Source: Desulfobulbus propionicus DSM 2032 | GTDB taxonomy: Bacteria > Desulfobacterota > Desulfobulbia > Desulfobulbales > Desulfobulbaceae | Direction of reading: 5' to 3' | Assembly: GCF_000186885.1 (NCBI RefSeq) | Contig: NC_014972.1 | Coordinates: forward strand, 1,470,001-1,502,000 | DNA length: 32,000 nucleotides | In this document: piece after piece, positions 1-8,409 of the stretch | Layout of the letters: every line of letters starts with the position of its first letter | How positions within the stretch are numbered: the stretch's first letter is position 1 | Made by a program: the position numbers and the translations under genes | The notes under the pieces: generated by a model | The model's input: only the letters and a program-made list of their open reading frames with translations | The model's database searches: none | Told to the model about the DNA's origin: nothing

Positions 1-1
1 C

Positions 2-1093
2 CAACTGCATAACCGTTTTGCCCTGCGGACCGCCGGCAGCGGCGAGGAGGCCCTGCGGCTACTTGAGGAGGAAGGGCCTTTCGCGGTCATTGTCACCGAC
101 ATGCGCATGCCGGGTATGACCGGGGTGGAATTGCTGGCGCGGACAAAGGATCTGTATCCGGATATGGTGCGCCTGATGCTGACCGGCCATGCCGATCAGG
201 AGACGGCGATGGAGGCGGTCAATTCCGGCCAAATTTTCCGTTTCCTCACCAAACCCTGCCCCCAGGCCACCTTTGTCATTTCCCTGGCCCTGGCTCTCCG
301 TCAGCATCGTCTGATTGTCGCCGAGAAGGAACTGTTGCAGAAGACGCTCAAGGGCAGCATTCACGTGCTGTCCGAACTGCTGGGCGTGGCCAACCCCCTG
401 GCCTTCAGCGCCGGACTGCGCATCAGGGATTATGTGGTCCGCATCGCCCAGGAACTGCACCTGCCGCAGATCTGGCAGTGCGAGATTGCGGCGCTGATGT
501 CCCAGATCGGCTGCATCACCCTGCCGCCGGACATCCTGAACAAAGTCTACGCCGGCGCGAAAATGAGCGCGGAAGAGAGCGAGATGTTCAACAATCATCC
601 GCTGGTTGGCGCTTCGCTTTTGGAAAAGATCCCCCGCCTGGAGCATGTCACCAAGATGATTTGCCTGCAGCAGAAGCGATACGATGCCTATACCGCTGAA
701 CTGATGAAAACGATACCCGAGGAAGTGGCGGTTGGTGCCCAGATCCTCAAGGCGGTGATCGATTACGATCGACACCTTGCCCGGGGCATGAGCCGGGGAG
801 AGGCTATCGGCCAGCTGCGCAAGACAACCGGCGTGTACCACCCGGCTGTTTTGTCGTTGCTGACGTCGTTGAAACTGGAGGACCAGCGGCCGGTGCTCAG
901 CCTCGCTGCCAATCAGGTCGGGGTGGGCATGGTGGCGATGGACGACATCCTCACCAAGAGCAAGGTGTTGATTATTCCCAAAGGGCTGACCCTGACCTGG
1001 GCGATGGTCCAGGGACTGCAAAATTTTTCCAAAAAAGTCGGAGTGGTCGAACCGATCAGGGTTATGCTCGGTCAGTCGGAGCCGGACACCTGA
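2..1093 (+). CDS. Response regulator: CheY-like receiver domain fused to a degenerate (probably non-catalytic) HD-GYP-like domain; 5' end cut by window edge
   Basis: Frame 2 is open from nt 2. The translation ...GSGEEALRLLEEEGPFAVIVTDMRMPGMTGVELL...LMLTGHADQETAMEAVNSGQIFRFLTKP is a typical REC domain C-terminal half. Downstream, AALMSQIGCITLP / NNHPLVGASLL / ICLQQKRYD line up with the HD-GYP motifs LHDIGK / H..G / HHERWDGSGYP, but the HD, HHE and GYP residues are replaced. Confidence 0.85.
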   Translation, partial: QLHNRFALRTAGSGEEALRLLEEEGPFAVIVTDMRMPGMTGVELLARTKDLYPDMVRLMLTGHADQETAMEAVNSGQIFRFLTKPCPQATFVISLALALRQHRLIVAEKELLQKTLKGSIHVLSELLGVANPLAFSAGLRIRDYVVRIAQELHLPQIWQCEIAALMSQIGCITLPPDILNKVYAGAKMSAEESEMFNNHPLVGASLLEKIPRLEHVTKMICLQQKRYDAYTAELMKTIPEEVAVGAQILKAVIDYDRHLARGMSRGEAIGQLRKTTGVYHPAVLSLLTSLKLEDQRPVLSLAANQVGVGMVAMDDILTKSKVLIIPKGLTLTWAMVQGLQNFSKKVGVVEPIRVMLGQSEPDT

Positions 1094-1192
1094 TCAACCT
1101 GCGGGTTCGACGGCCCTTGGCCATTTTTTCCTTGCTCTTCCTGCCGTGACGGAATTGCCGTGTTAACCTGGACGGGTGTCGGCGGGGCTGCT

Positions 1193-2365
1193 TTATGGCT
1201 CTTGTTGCTGGCGCCAGAAATTGGCCCAAGCCTGCCAATCCGGCAACCATTGGAGCTGATTGCCGTGGGGATGGGTCCAGGCGAGGTGCCAACGACGATG
1301 GCGGCCGTTGCTCCACAGATCGGCGGTCCAGTAGAGCCAGCCGAAACGAGGCGGTTCCGGCCCCTGCCACGGGGGCTCCCACTGCAGCCAGAGCACGGGC
1401 TGCGGATGCTGTCTGACCCAGTCGGCCAGGTGGAGGCGGAGAGCGGTGCCTTTGTCGCGCAGATAGGTGGTCAGGTAGGTGTTGAACACCACCAGCGGCG
1501 CATCGTCCAGCGGACCGATGTGCCTGGCAAGAATATGGGGCAGCGCGTCGGGCAGATCGGCCTGGTGGAGCCGGACCGGCACCGGGGACTCATCGAGCTG
1601 GTGCAGGGCCGCGATTCCCTGGCGCAGTCTGGCCAGCCGTTCGCTTTGATCGCCCCAGACAAAGGCGGCCAGGGTCTGTTCTTCCCGCCGTGAACGAAGA
1701 ATAAAAGGCGCCAGGTCGCAGCCGATCCGAGAACGGATCGTCGGGATAGCGGTTGTGGTTGGCGCAACCAGTGGCCCCTCGATGTGGACAACAAATTGGG
1801 GTGGGATGCCGCAGCCCAGTTCAAGCACTCCCTCGTTTCCCTCGCCGTGCAGCAGCCGATAATGGCGCTGATCCGCCACCAGGTTGAGGCCGGCGCTGGC
1901 CCCCAGATCGAGCAGGTGGATGGCCGGCCAGCCCGTAAACAGCACCGGCAGCAGCCAGCACAGACCGCGCGCGGTTTCGTTGGTTTGCACCGTGGCATGG
2001 GCGATGAATTCGGCCAGCGCCTCGCGCCGGGCCAGGATTGCCTGACGCAGGCTGGCGGCAAGATCGTCCGCATCCAGGGCGAGCGTTCCTCCGGCGGAAG
2101 GAAAGTAGCGGCCCAGGGGCCGCGCATCGGCAACGCCGGCGAGAACGTCGCGGTGCAGGCCGGCAAGCAACAGCAGCGGCACCTCGAAGGAGGCGCGGGG
2201 ATGGGCAGCGGCCAGCAGCCAGTCCACCAGGGGATCCTTCCCGCACCCCGCACCGAGCCAGTCCGCGATCAATCCGCACAAGCGGGCGGAGAGCGGCGAG
2301 GAAGCGGCGGCAAATTCCTGCTGCCTGCGGAATCGGCGGGCAAGGCGAAACGGCAGATCATCCAT
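1193..2365 (-). CDS. DUF2332 family protein (methyltransferase-like fold suspected)
   Basis: The ORF 1193..2464 contains MDDLPFRLARRFRRQQEFAAASSPLSARLCGLIADWL...HLLDLGASAGLNL..., which matches my memory of DUF2332 proteins. I place the start at the internal ATG (2365) because the upstream 33 codons are Pro-rich and look non-coding. The start is uncertain. Confidence 0.7.
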   Translation of the reverse strand: MDDLPFRLARRFRRQQEFAAASSPLSARLCGLIADWLGAGCGKDPLVDWLLAAAHPRASFEVPLLLLAGLHRDVLAGVADARPLGRYFPSAGGTLALDADDLAASLRQAILARREALAEFIAHATVQTNETARGLCWLLPVLFTGWPAIHLLDLGASAGLNLVADQRHYRLLHGEGNEGVLELGCGIPPQFVVHIEGPLVAPTTTAIPTIRSRIGCDLAPFILRSRREEQTLAAFVWGDQSERLARLRQGIAALHQLDESPVPVRLHQADLPDALPHILARHIGPLDDAPLVVFNTYLTTYLRDKGTALRLHLADWVRQHPQPVLWLQWEPPWQGPEPPRFGWLYWTADLWSNGRHRRWHLAWTHPHGNQLQWLPDWQAWANFWRQQQEP

Positions 2366-2482
2366 GGGGTGCCATATGAACGCAAAGGGTCTTTGTCCCG
2401 ACAGCGGAACCGGGAGACAAGGGGCGACGGGCAGGACTATACCGCCTTCCGGAGGTAGCGGCAAGGCGGGGTATTCATTGCA

Positions 2483-2519
2483 GGGAAAAGGGAGGACGGG
2501 AAGGGGGAGCGGGCAGGGG
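2483..2519 (+). other. G-quadruplex-forming motif (six G3-5 tracts, loops of 5 nt or less) in the DUF2332/yqaA divergent intergenic region
   Basis: The sequence reads GGGaaaaGGGaggacGGGaaGGGGGagcGGGcaGGGG on the + strand, about 40 nt upstream of the yqaA start. Confidence 0.5.
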
Positions 2520-2559
2520 CAACAGCCGGAGGCATGTACCTCTTGGGCGGCAAAATGTG

Positions 2560-3015
2560 ATGATCAATTGTATCCTGTTTGATTTTTCCGCGTATGGCGG
2601 CCTGTTTGCGGCGGCCCTGCTGGCCGCGACCGTTGTGCCGATGCAGTCGGAGGCGGTCTTGGTCGGCCTGCTGCTCACCGGCGACTACCCGACCTGGCTG
2701 CTGTTGGCGGTGGCGGCCAGCGGCAATATCCTCGGCGCGGCGCTCAACTGGTGGCTGGGGAGGGGGATCGAGCGTTTTCGCGATCGTTCCTGGTTTCCGG
2801 TCAGCGAACAGCGGCTGATGCAGGCGCAACAGTGGTACCAGCACTATGGCAAATGGTCGCTGCTCCTGTGTTGGATGCCGATTGTCGGCGATCCGCTCAC
2901 CGTGATCGCCGGAGTGATGCGCGAACCTTTTCCGGTGTTCCTGCTCATTGCCGGCACGGCCAAACTCCTGCGTTACCTTGTGCTGGCCGGAGTCACTCTG
3001 GGGACGATGGCCTAA
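2560..3015 (+). CDS. yqaA: YqaA-family inner membrane protein (DedA/SNARE-associated superfamily)
   Basis: The translation ...FSAYGGLFAAALLAATVVPMQSEAVLVGLLL...NILGAALNWWLGRG...YGKWSLLLCWMPIVGDPLTVIAGVMR is typical of YqaA. Either ATG 2560 or the adjacent GTG 2557 could be the start. Confidence 0.8.
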   Translation: MINCILFDFSAYGGLFAAALLAATVVPMQSEAVLVGLLLTGDYPTWLLLAVAASGNILGAALNWWLGRGIERFRDRSWFPVSEQRLMQAQQWYQHYGKWSLLLCWMPIVGDPLTVIAGVMREPFPVFLLIAGTAKLLRYLVLAGVTLGTMA

Positions 3016-3032
3016 ATGGCCAGGGGACGAGA

Positions 3033-3054
3033 CAGGGGGGCGATTGCCCCCCTG
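3033..3054. terminator. GC-rich hairpin between convergent yqaA and the DUF4340 gene (candidate bidirectional terminator, no U-tract)
   Basis: CAGGGGGGC-gatt-GCCCCCCTG forms a perfect 9-bp stem. It sits 18 nt after the yqaA stop and 23 nt after the DUF4340 stop. Confidence 0.5.
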
Positions 3055-3076
3055 AACATTCTCCACCGGTCCGACT

Positions 3077-4132
3077 TTACCGTGCTTGCCCGGAGGAAGA
3101 CGGTTCCGCCGGGGCTGGTGCCTGAGCCGGGGTGAGCGGCGCGGCCTGAGTTCCATTCGCGCCGGGTTGGGGGTGTGTTTTGGCGCGCACCAGCGAGGCA
3201 CGGGTGGCGTTTTTCAATTCCTCGACCTGCCAGCCATCCACCCGCAGCAGTTGCTCCTGGTTGGACACCTTGAGGACAAAGGTGTTTTCGGTCGCCGGCT
3301 GCGGCTCGGTGCCCTCGGCCTTTTCCGGTTTGGGGGGGTGGCCGAACAGGTACTCAACGGTGCCGCCGCCTTCCAGGCTGATCGTGTAGCGCAGGGCCGG
3401 CGTCGCCAGACCGTACTCGGGTTTGTTGTCCTTGCCGAGGAGGGCGGTGATCGACAGGTTGGTCAGCCGCTTGATCAGGCTGTCGAGCCGGTCCTTGATC
3501 ACCTCTTCCTCGGCCGTGAGATCAGCCGGCTGCAGGCCATCCTTGCCGCGGATCAGCTGCAGGGCGGGCAACGCAACCCGGGCCACTTGTTCGGGCTTGA
3601 GATGGAGGAGGGTGGTGTCGATCCAGCTGTCGTCCTTGACCTCCAATTCATGCTGGGAAAGGGCGATTGCCTGAATTTCGTTGTCGCCATCGGCGCGCAG
3701 ATAGATCTTGCGCAGGCCGGGCGAAGTGCCGAAATAGATCACGGCCGCATCCTTGCCGCCGGCGCGCAGGCTCAGTTTGCGCTCAAACCGCTCCGGCGCC
3801 ACCTTGAAGCGGGTCGCGGCCTCGGCGGTGGTGGCCTCGGGCCAGCCGCGTTGCAGCGTGGTCAGCCGCTCGAGCAAGCCCTGCACCCGGGCGGTGTCCG
3901 CCGGGAAGGCGCCGGAATCGGGCAGCAGCCACCGCTCCTTCTCCTTGGTCAGCTTCAGTGTGTGCCCCTCACCGTCTTCCAGCAGCAATTCGTTGATCTC
4001 GGCCGCGTTCAGCGCGAGCAGCGGCCCCTTGGCCGCTTGGGTTCCGTCGAGCCGATGCGCCATGTGGGTCGCCACGGTCAGACCGACCTGCACCAGCAAC
4101 AACACAGCGCACACCAGTATCCATCGTTTCAT
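3077..4132 (-). CDS. DUF4340 domain protein, accessory component of the GldG-type ABC system
   Basis: There is an N-terminal signal/anchor (MKRWILVCAVLLLVQVGLTV), a DUF4340-like body and a Pro/Ala-rich tail. Its start overlaps the upstream permease stop by 4 nt. Confidence 0.8.
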   Translation of the reverse strand: MKRWILVCAVLLLVQVGLTVATHMAHRLDGTQAAKGPLLALNAAEINELLLEDGEGHTLKLTKEKERWLLPDSGAFPADTARVQGLLERLTTLQRGWPEATTAEAATRFKVAPERFERKLSLRAGGKDAAVIYFGTSPGLRKIYLRADGDNEIQAIALSQHELEVKDDSWIDTTLLHLKPEQVARVALPALQLIRGKDGLQPADLTAEEEVIKDRLDSLIKRLTNLSITALLGKDNKPEYGLATPALRYTISLEGGGTVEYLFGHPPKPEKAEGTEPQPATENTFVLKVSNQEQLLRVDGWQVEELKNATRASLVRAKTHPQPGANGTQAAPLTPAQAPAPAEPSSSGQAR

Positions 4133-7071
4133 GGTTCAATCCTCCCGGCAATCAACAGCTGTTCGCGTCGTCGGGCCCGTGCCCGGACGAGGCGCCGCAG
4201 CCCCCACACGGACAGCAGACCGAAGGCGGCCAAGCCGTAGTTCATGTATTCCCAGATCATTCGCGCCTCCTTGTCCATCGGCAGCAGGGTGCGGGCAAAA
4301 TGGCCGCGGCCGCGGATGGAGAGCAGATCGCGGTCTTCCAGGGACCAGTCAATGGTGTTGGCCATCAGTTGCAGCGGATTGAGATAGCGGGTACCGCCGG
4401 CGCCGGAGGCCAGTTCCAGGCTGGTATCGGCCAGGAAGGTGTTGGAGGCGAACAGGATGATCCGTGCCGAATCCGGCGAGCGTTCCAGCACCCGGCCGAT
4501 CACCTCGGGCTGCTGCGGCTCGACCGGCTGTTCCGCCGCCGTTTCGCTTTGCCCGGCGGCTGGCTGTTCCTTGGCCTTTTTGTCTTTTTCCGCCTGTCGT
4601 GTTCGTGCTTCCTCGATCAGCGGCGAGGTTTTGCCCTTGAAATGGGATGCAAAACCGCCTTCCACCATTACCGCCAGGAGTTGGCGACCTGCCGCCTCCC
4701 CTTGGGCAAAGCCGGCTTGGCCGTAGCGATCGAAGTTGGGCTGAATGTCGATCGAGTCAGACAACCAGGAGCCCCTGGAACTCTCCAGCAGCCGCACCAC
4801 CTGGCGGCCCTTGTTCTTGTCCGCGTCAACGGTGATCGGCGAGGCCCACGTCATGGACAGCTGATCGATGCCGCTGATCAGCCCGCCGTTGCGGTTCATG
4901 CCGTCGCTGCGGATATCGACAAAGTAGGGGTAGTTGATCAGATGGGTTTCACGAATGGAGTAGCCGCCGGCTTGGCGTTCGACCGGCACCGGAAAGGCGG
5001 CGTTCTGCGGATCGAGCACCAGGGTTTTGCCCAGGGTGATGCCGTAGCCCGCCAGCCAGTCACTCAGGCCGCTCTGTTTGTCGGTGGCGCTGATCCGTCC
5101 CTGCAGGCTGACATCAAAAGGCGAAGTGGCCAACACCACCGTGCCGCCCTGCATGAGGAACTGATCGATGGCAAAGACTTGTTTTTCCTGCAATCGCTCC
5201 GGGGCCACCACCATCAGGATATCGGCCTCCGGATCGACCTGGCCGGTGCTCAGGTCCACCGGTTTGATCCGGTGCTCCTGTTCGGCAAAGCGTTGCAGCA
5301 GTTGAAAGGTGTTGCCCTGGTCCATCATGCCGAATTGGGCCATGGACGGGTTGGCCGGCGGGGTGTACAGGGCCACGGTTTTGAGCATGCCCTTGGAAAA
5401 ACGCTTGAGCGAGGCCTCGATCGCCCCCTTGAGCGCCGCTTTGTCAAGGGCTGACGGCAGGGCCACCTGGACCTGCTGGCCGCCGCTCTCCAGGGTCATG
5501 TAGAACCAGAAGGTCTCCGTGGACAGCAGCCCGGCCACCATGGGCCGCATGCCGAATTCCTTGCCCAGGCGGTCAGCCAACTGACCGCCGTCGGCATCGG
5601 GATCGGCGAAGCTGACAGAGAATTTGTCGCCTCCTTGGGTCTTCAGCTCGGCGAGCACGCTCTCCAGGTTTCGGCGCAGCTCGACCAGCGGTTGGGGCAG
5701 TTTGGCTTCGGGCGAGACATAGCCATGGAAGACCACCGGGTTGCCGATGCCGGCAAACAGGTTGCCGCCGCCCTGGTAGCTGTAGAGCACCTTCTTGATC
5801 GCCCGGGTGATGTCATGTTCCGGGTTGCGCAACTCAACCTCGAGCTGGGTGTCGCCCTCGCTCTTGACCTCGATCAAATCCTGGAAGCCGAGGGTGACGA
5901 ACTCGTCGCCATACTTAATGAGAACATCGAAATAGGAGTTGGTGACCGCGGTCTGATAGCGGGAGGCGGTCTGGAAGGGAACAGGCCGGATGCCGTACTT
6001 TTCGCCCGCCTCCTGTTCCAGCTCCGGTTTTTCCTGGGGATCGACAAATTCGACCCTGACCCGGCCCTTGCCGGCCACCTCGTATTCACGGAGCAGGTCG
6101 CGCAGCTGCGGTTGCAATGGGGCCAGCAGCGGGTGGGTCTGGCTGGAGAAGTAGCCGCGAATCAACAGCGGTTCCTGCAACCGATCGAGATAGGAACGGG
6201 TGGCCGGAGAAATCGAATAGATCTTGCCCGCAGTCAGATCGGCACGCAGGACGCCGATGGGTGCCAGCCAGAAGTTGAGCAACAACAGGTTGCCCACCAG
6301 CAGGGCGGTCAGCACGCCCCAACGGCGGTGGACGGAGTTGATCGGATTGCCGGCCCACCGCTGCCGTTCCAGGGTGTAGACGTTGAGCGAGAGAAAGATG
6401 CCGATCAGGCTGAACGAATAGAGGAGATCGCGCAGGTCGATCACCCCCCGGGTGATGGCGTCAAAGCGCGCACCCGCCCCCAGCAGTTTGAGCAGTTCGC
6501 CGCCCTGGTTGCCGAAAAAAGAGGTCAGGGTGTCGGAGCCAAGCAAGTAGAGGAAACTGCAGGCCAGGGTGGAAACAATCAGGCTGACGATCTGGCTGTT
6601 GAACTGGGCGCTGACCCAGAGACCGATGGCGATGTAGGCCCCGGCGAGCACCAGGCTGGCCAGGTAGCCGCCGAACACCGGACCCCAGTCGAGTTGACCG
6701 AGGAAGCTCACGGTGAGCGGCAGCGGCAGGGTGAGCAGCAGACCGATGGCCACCAAGCCGAGGCAGGCGATGAATTTGCCCCCCACCAGTACCGGCAGAC
6801 TCACCGGCGCGGTCAGCAAGGGTTCCAGGGTGCCGGCCCGATGCTCCTCTGACCAGACCCGCATGGTGATGGCCGAGGCGAGAAAGATCAACAGCAGCGG
6901 CATCCACTCGAACATCGGCCGGACATCGGCGATGTTGCGGCTGAAAAAGGTTTCCACCCAGAAAAAGATGAACAGGGTGGCGGCCAAAAAGGCACCGAAA
7001 AAGATAAAGGCGGCCGGGGTGGCGAAAAAGACCGCCAGTTCCCTCCGGGCAACCTTGCGCAAGGTGTTCAT
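4129..7071 (-). CDS. Fused ABC-2 type permease (GldF-like) and GldG-like auxiliary domain protein, 980 aa
   Basis: The N-terminal ~270 aa is polytopic and resembles an ABC-2 permease. It is followed by a GldG/ABC_transp_aux-like region (LIRGYFSSQTHPLL...VEFVDPQEKPELEQEAGEKYGIRPVPFQ) and a C-terminal TM helix (GLAAFGLLSVWGL). Both ends have 4-nt overlaps with the neighbouring genes. Confidence 0.85.
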   Translation of the reverse strand: MNTLRKVARRELAVFFATPAAFIFFGAFLAATLFIFFWVETFFSRNIADVRPMFEWMPLLLIFLASAITMRVWSEEHRAGTLEPLLTAPVSLPVLVGGKFIACLGLVAIGLLLTLPLPLTVSFLGQLDWGPVFGGYLASLVLAGAYIAIGLWVSAQFNSQIVSLIVSTLACSFLYLLGSDTLTSFFGNQGGELLKLLGAGARFDAITRGVIDLRDLLYSFSLIGIFLSLNVYTLERQRWAGNPINSVHRRWGVLTALLVGNLLLLNFWLAPIGVLRADLTAGKIYSISPATRSYLDRLQEPLLIRGYFSSQTHPLLAPLQPQLRDLLREYEVAGKGRVRVEFVDPQEKPELEQEAGEKYGIRPVPFQTASRYQTAVTNSYFDVLIKYGDEFVTLGFQDLIEVKSEGDTQLEVELRNPEHDITRAIKKVLYSYQGGGNLFAGIGNPVVFHGYVSPEAKLPQPLVELRRNLESVLAELKTQGGDKFSVSFADPDADGGQLADRLGKEFGMRPMVAGLLSTETFWFYMTLESGGQQVQVALPSALDKAALKGAIEASLKRFSKGMLKTVALYTPPANPSMAQFGMMDQGNTFQLLQRFAEQEHRIKPVDLSTGQVDPEADILMVVAPERLQEKQVFAIDQFLMQGGTVVLATSPFDVSLQGRISATDKQSGLSDWLAGYGITLGKTLVLDPQNAAFPVPVERQAGGYSIRETHLINYPYFVDIRSDGMNRNGGLISGIDQLSMTWASPITVDADKNKGRQVVRLLESSRGSWLSDSIDIQPNFDRYGQAGFAQGEAAGRQLLAVMVEGGFASHFKGKTSPLIEEARTRQAEKDKKAKEQPAAGQSETAAEQPVEPQQPEVIGRVLERSPDSARIILFASNTFLADTSLELASGAGGTRYLNPLQLMANTIDWSLEDRDLLSIRGRGHFARTLLPMDKEARMIWEYMNYGLAAFGLLSVWGLRRLVRARARRREQLLIAGRIEP

Positions 7072-7997
7072 TGTTCCCTCCCTGCAGCCATGTTGATTTC
7101 ACTGAATATTTTTTCGAGATTACGGGTTTCCGGAGCAAGGCCGTACAGTGGCCAGCCCTTGGCGGTGATGGCCGAAGCCACGGTCGGGGCCAGGGCCTCG
7201 GCCGTGTGTTCGCCGGAAAGGGCGAAACTGTGGCGGCCATCGACGGAGGCGACGGACTCGACCACGCTCACCCCTGCCACGGCACGCAGCAGCGCACCGG
7301 CCTCGGCCCGGTCGGTGGTCACCAGCAACCGCTGGCCCGCGCTCAATTCGTCCAAGCGCGCGTCCAGAACCTTGCGGCCGTGCTGGATGATGATCACCCG
7401 GTCGCAGACCGCCTGCACCTCCTGGAGGATGTGGGTGGAGATGATCAGGGTCGCTTCCTTGGCCAGTTCGCTGATCAGGCCGCGCATGTGCTGAATCTGG
7501 GTGGGATCGAGACCGTTGGTCGGCTCGTCGAGAATGATGATTCGCGGCCGGTGGAGGATGGCCTGAGCCACGCCGACCCGCTGGCGGTAGCCGCGCGACA
7601 GGGTGGCAATGGTCTGCCCGGCCTTGTCCATCAGCGCGGTCCGTTCCAGGGTGTCGACCAGTAGCGGTCCCAACCGGTCGCTGGTCACGCCGTGCAGGAT
7701 GGCGATGTATTCGAGGTACCCGGCCACGGTCATTTCCGGATAGACCGGGCAGTTCTCGGGCAGATAGCCGATCATCGCCTGGATAGACTGCCGGTCGGTG
7801 GCCATTGCCAGCTCGCCAACCCTGATGGTGCCGGCGGTAGGTTCGAGAAAGCCGGTCATCATCTTCATGATTGTGGTCTTGCCGGCGCCGTTGTGGCCGA
7901 GCAGCCCGACGATTTCACCGTCATCGATGGTGAACGAGACATCGTCGACCGCCTTGAGCGGTCCATAGGATCGGGTTAGGTGTTCTACATGAATCAT
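7068..7997 (-). CDS. ABC transporter ATP-binding protein (GldA-like)
   Basis: Walker A (GHNGAGKTT), signature (LSRGYRQR) and Walker B (IIILDEPTNGLD) are all present. I chose ATG 7997, which has AGGAG 7 nt upstream, over the longer track ORF. Confidence 0.93.
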   Translation of the reverse strand: MIHVEHLTRSYGPLKAVDDVSFTIDDGEIVGLLGHNGAGKTTIMKMMTGFLEPTAGTIRVGELAMATDRQSIQAMIGYLPENCPVYPEMTVAGYLEYIAILHGVTSDRLGPLLVDTLERTALMDKAGQTIATLSRGYRQRVGVAQAILHRPRIIILDEPTNGLDPTQIQHMRGLISELAKEATLIISTHILQEVQAVCDRVIIIQHGRKVLDARLDELSAGQRLLVTTDRAEAGALLRAVAGVSVVESVASVDGRHSFALSGEHTAEALAPTVASAITAKGWPLYGLAPETRNLEKIFSEINMAAGREQ

Positions 7998-8188
7998 GGG
8001 AAATCTCCTACACGAAATAATGCTGCCGACCAGGCAAACGAGCCGCACGGTGAGCGGCGCGAATCGGACAGGTGGCAGCATGTGCGGTCCAGCCGGTCAT
8101 GGGGAGGACGAACGAGGTGGAATGAAACGGCTTTTTTGGGTTATTCAAGGATAACAAGAGCGCCTTGGCCACGCTCAAATCCGGGGAA

Positions 8189-8216
8189 ATAATAAGGCCG
8201 GGGGCGGAGTTGTCAA
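8189..8216 (-). promoter_or_regulatory. Candidate sigma70 promoter for the ABC/GldG/DUF4340 operon
   Basis: On the minus strand: TTGACA (8216..8211), 16 nt spacer, TATTAT (8194..8189). This implies a ~185-nt leader. Confidence 0.5.
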
Positions 8217-8347
8217 GCCAGCGGATACAAAAAGGTCAATGATGCATGCTGGTTGTCACCAGAGGTCTGGGGTCGTTGACCAAAGCGGCAAGACCTGGGC
8301 AGGCGGCGCGGCGTCTGCTTCGGACGAGGCGGGATAAAAGTGAGGAG

Positions 8348-8383
8348 CAAAAAAAAAAGCCCCAGCCGGAAAACCGGCCGGGG
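8348..8383 (-). terminator. Rho-independent terminator of the outer-membrane protein gene
   Basis: The minus-strand RNA reads GCCCCGGCCGG-UUUU-CCGGCUGGGGC, an 11-bp stem with one G-U pair, followed by U10. It begins 27 nt after the stop codon. Confidence 0.9.
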
Positions 8384-8409
8384 CAACACATCGTCTAATC
8401 GAGGAACAA

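Noticed and set aside
59-1021. A 320-aa minus-strand ORF antisense to the response regulator gene.
   Set aside because: Its composition is Gln/Arg/His/Gly-rich nonsense with no motifs, while the opposite strand encodes clear REC and HD-GYP-like domains. It is a typical stop-free antisense frame in GC-rich coding DNA.
3086-4240. A 384-aa plus-strand ORF antisense to the DUF4340 gene. Similar long antisense ORFs occur at 4300..5454 and 5635..6852, opposite the permease/GldG gene.
   Set aside because: They are Arg/Gly/Leu-rich low-information sequences. The minus-strand frames carry signal/TM segments, family motifs and 4-nt coupled junctions.
7998-8182. A 30-codon upstream ORF (ATG at ~8100 on the minus strand) and possible riboswitch in the long leader of the ABC operon.
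   Set aside because: The ORF has no Shine-Dalgarno. I recognised no conserved riboswitch motif and found only short 5-bp hairpins. The leader length itself depends on an unverified promoter call.
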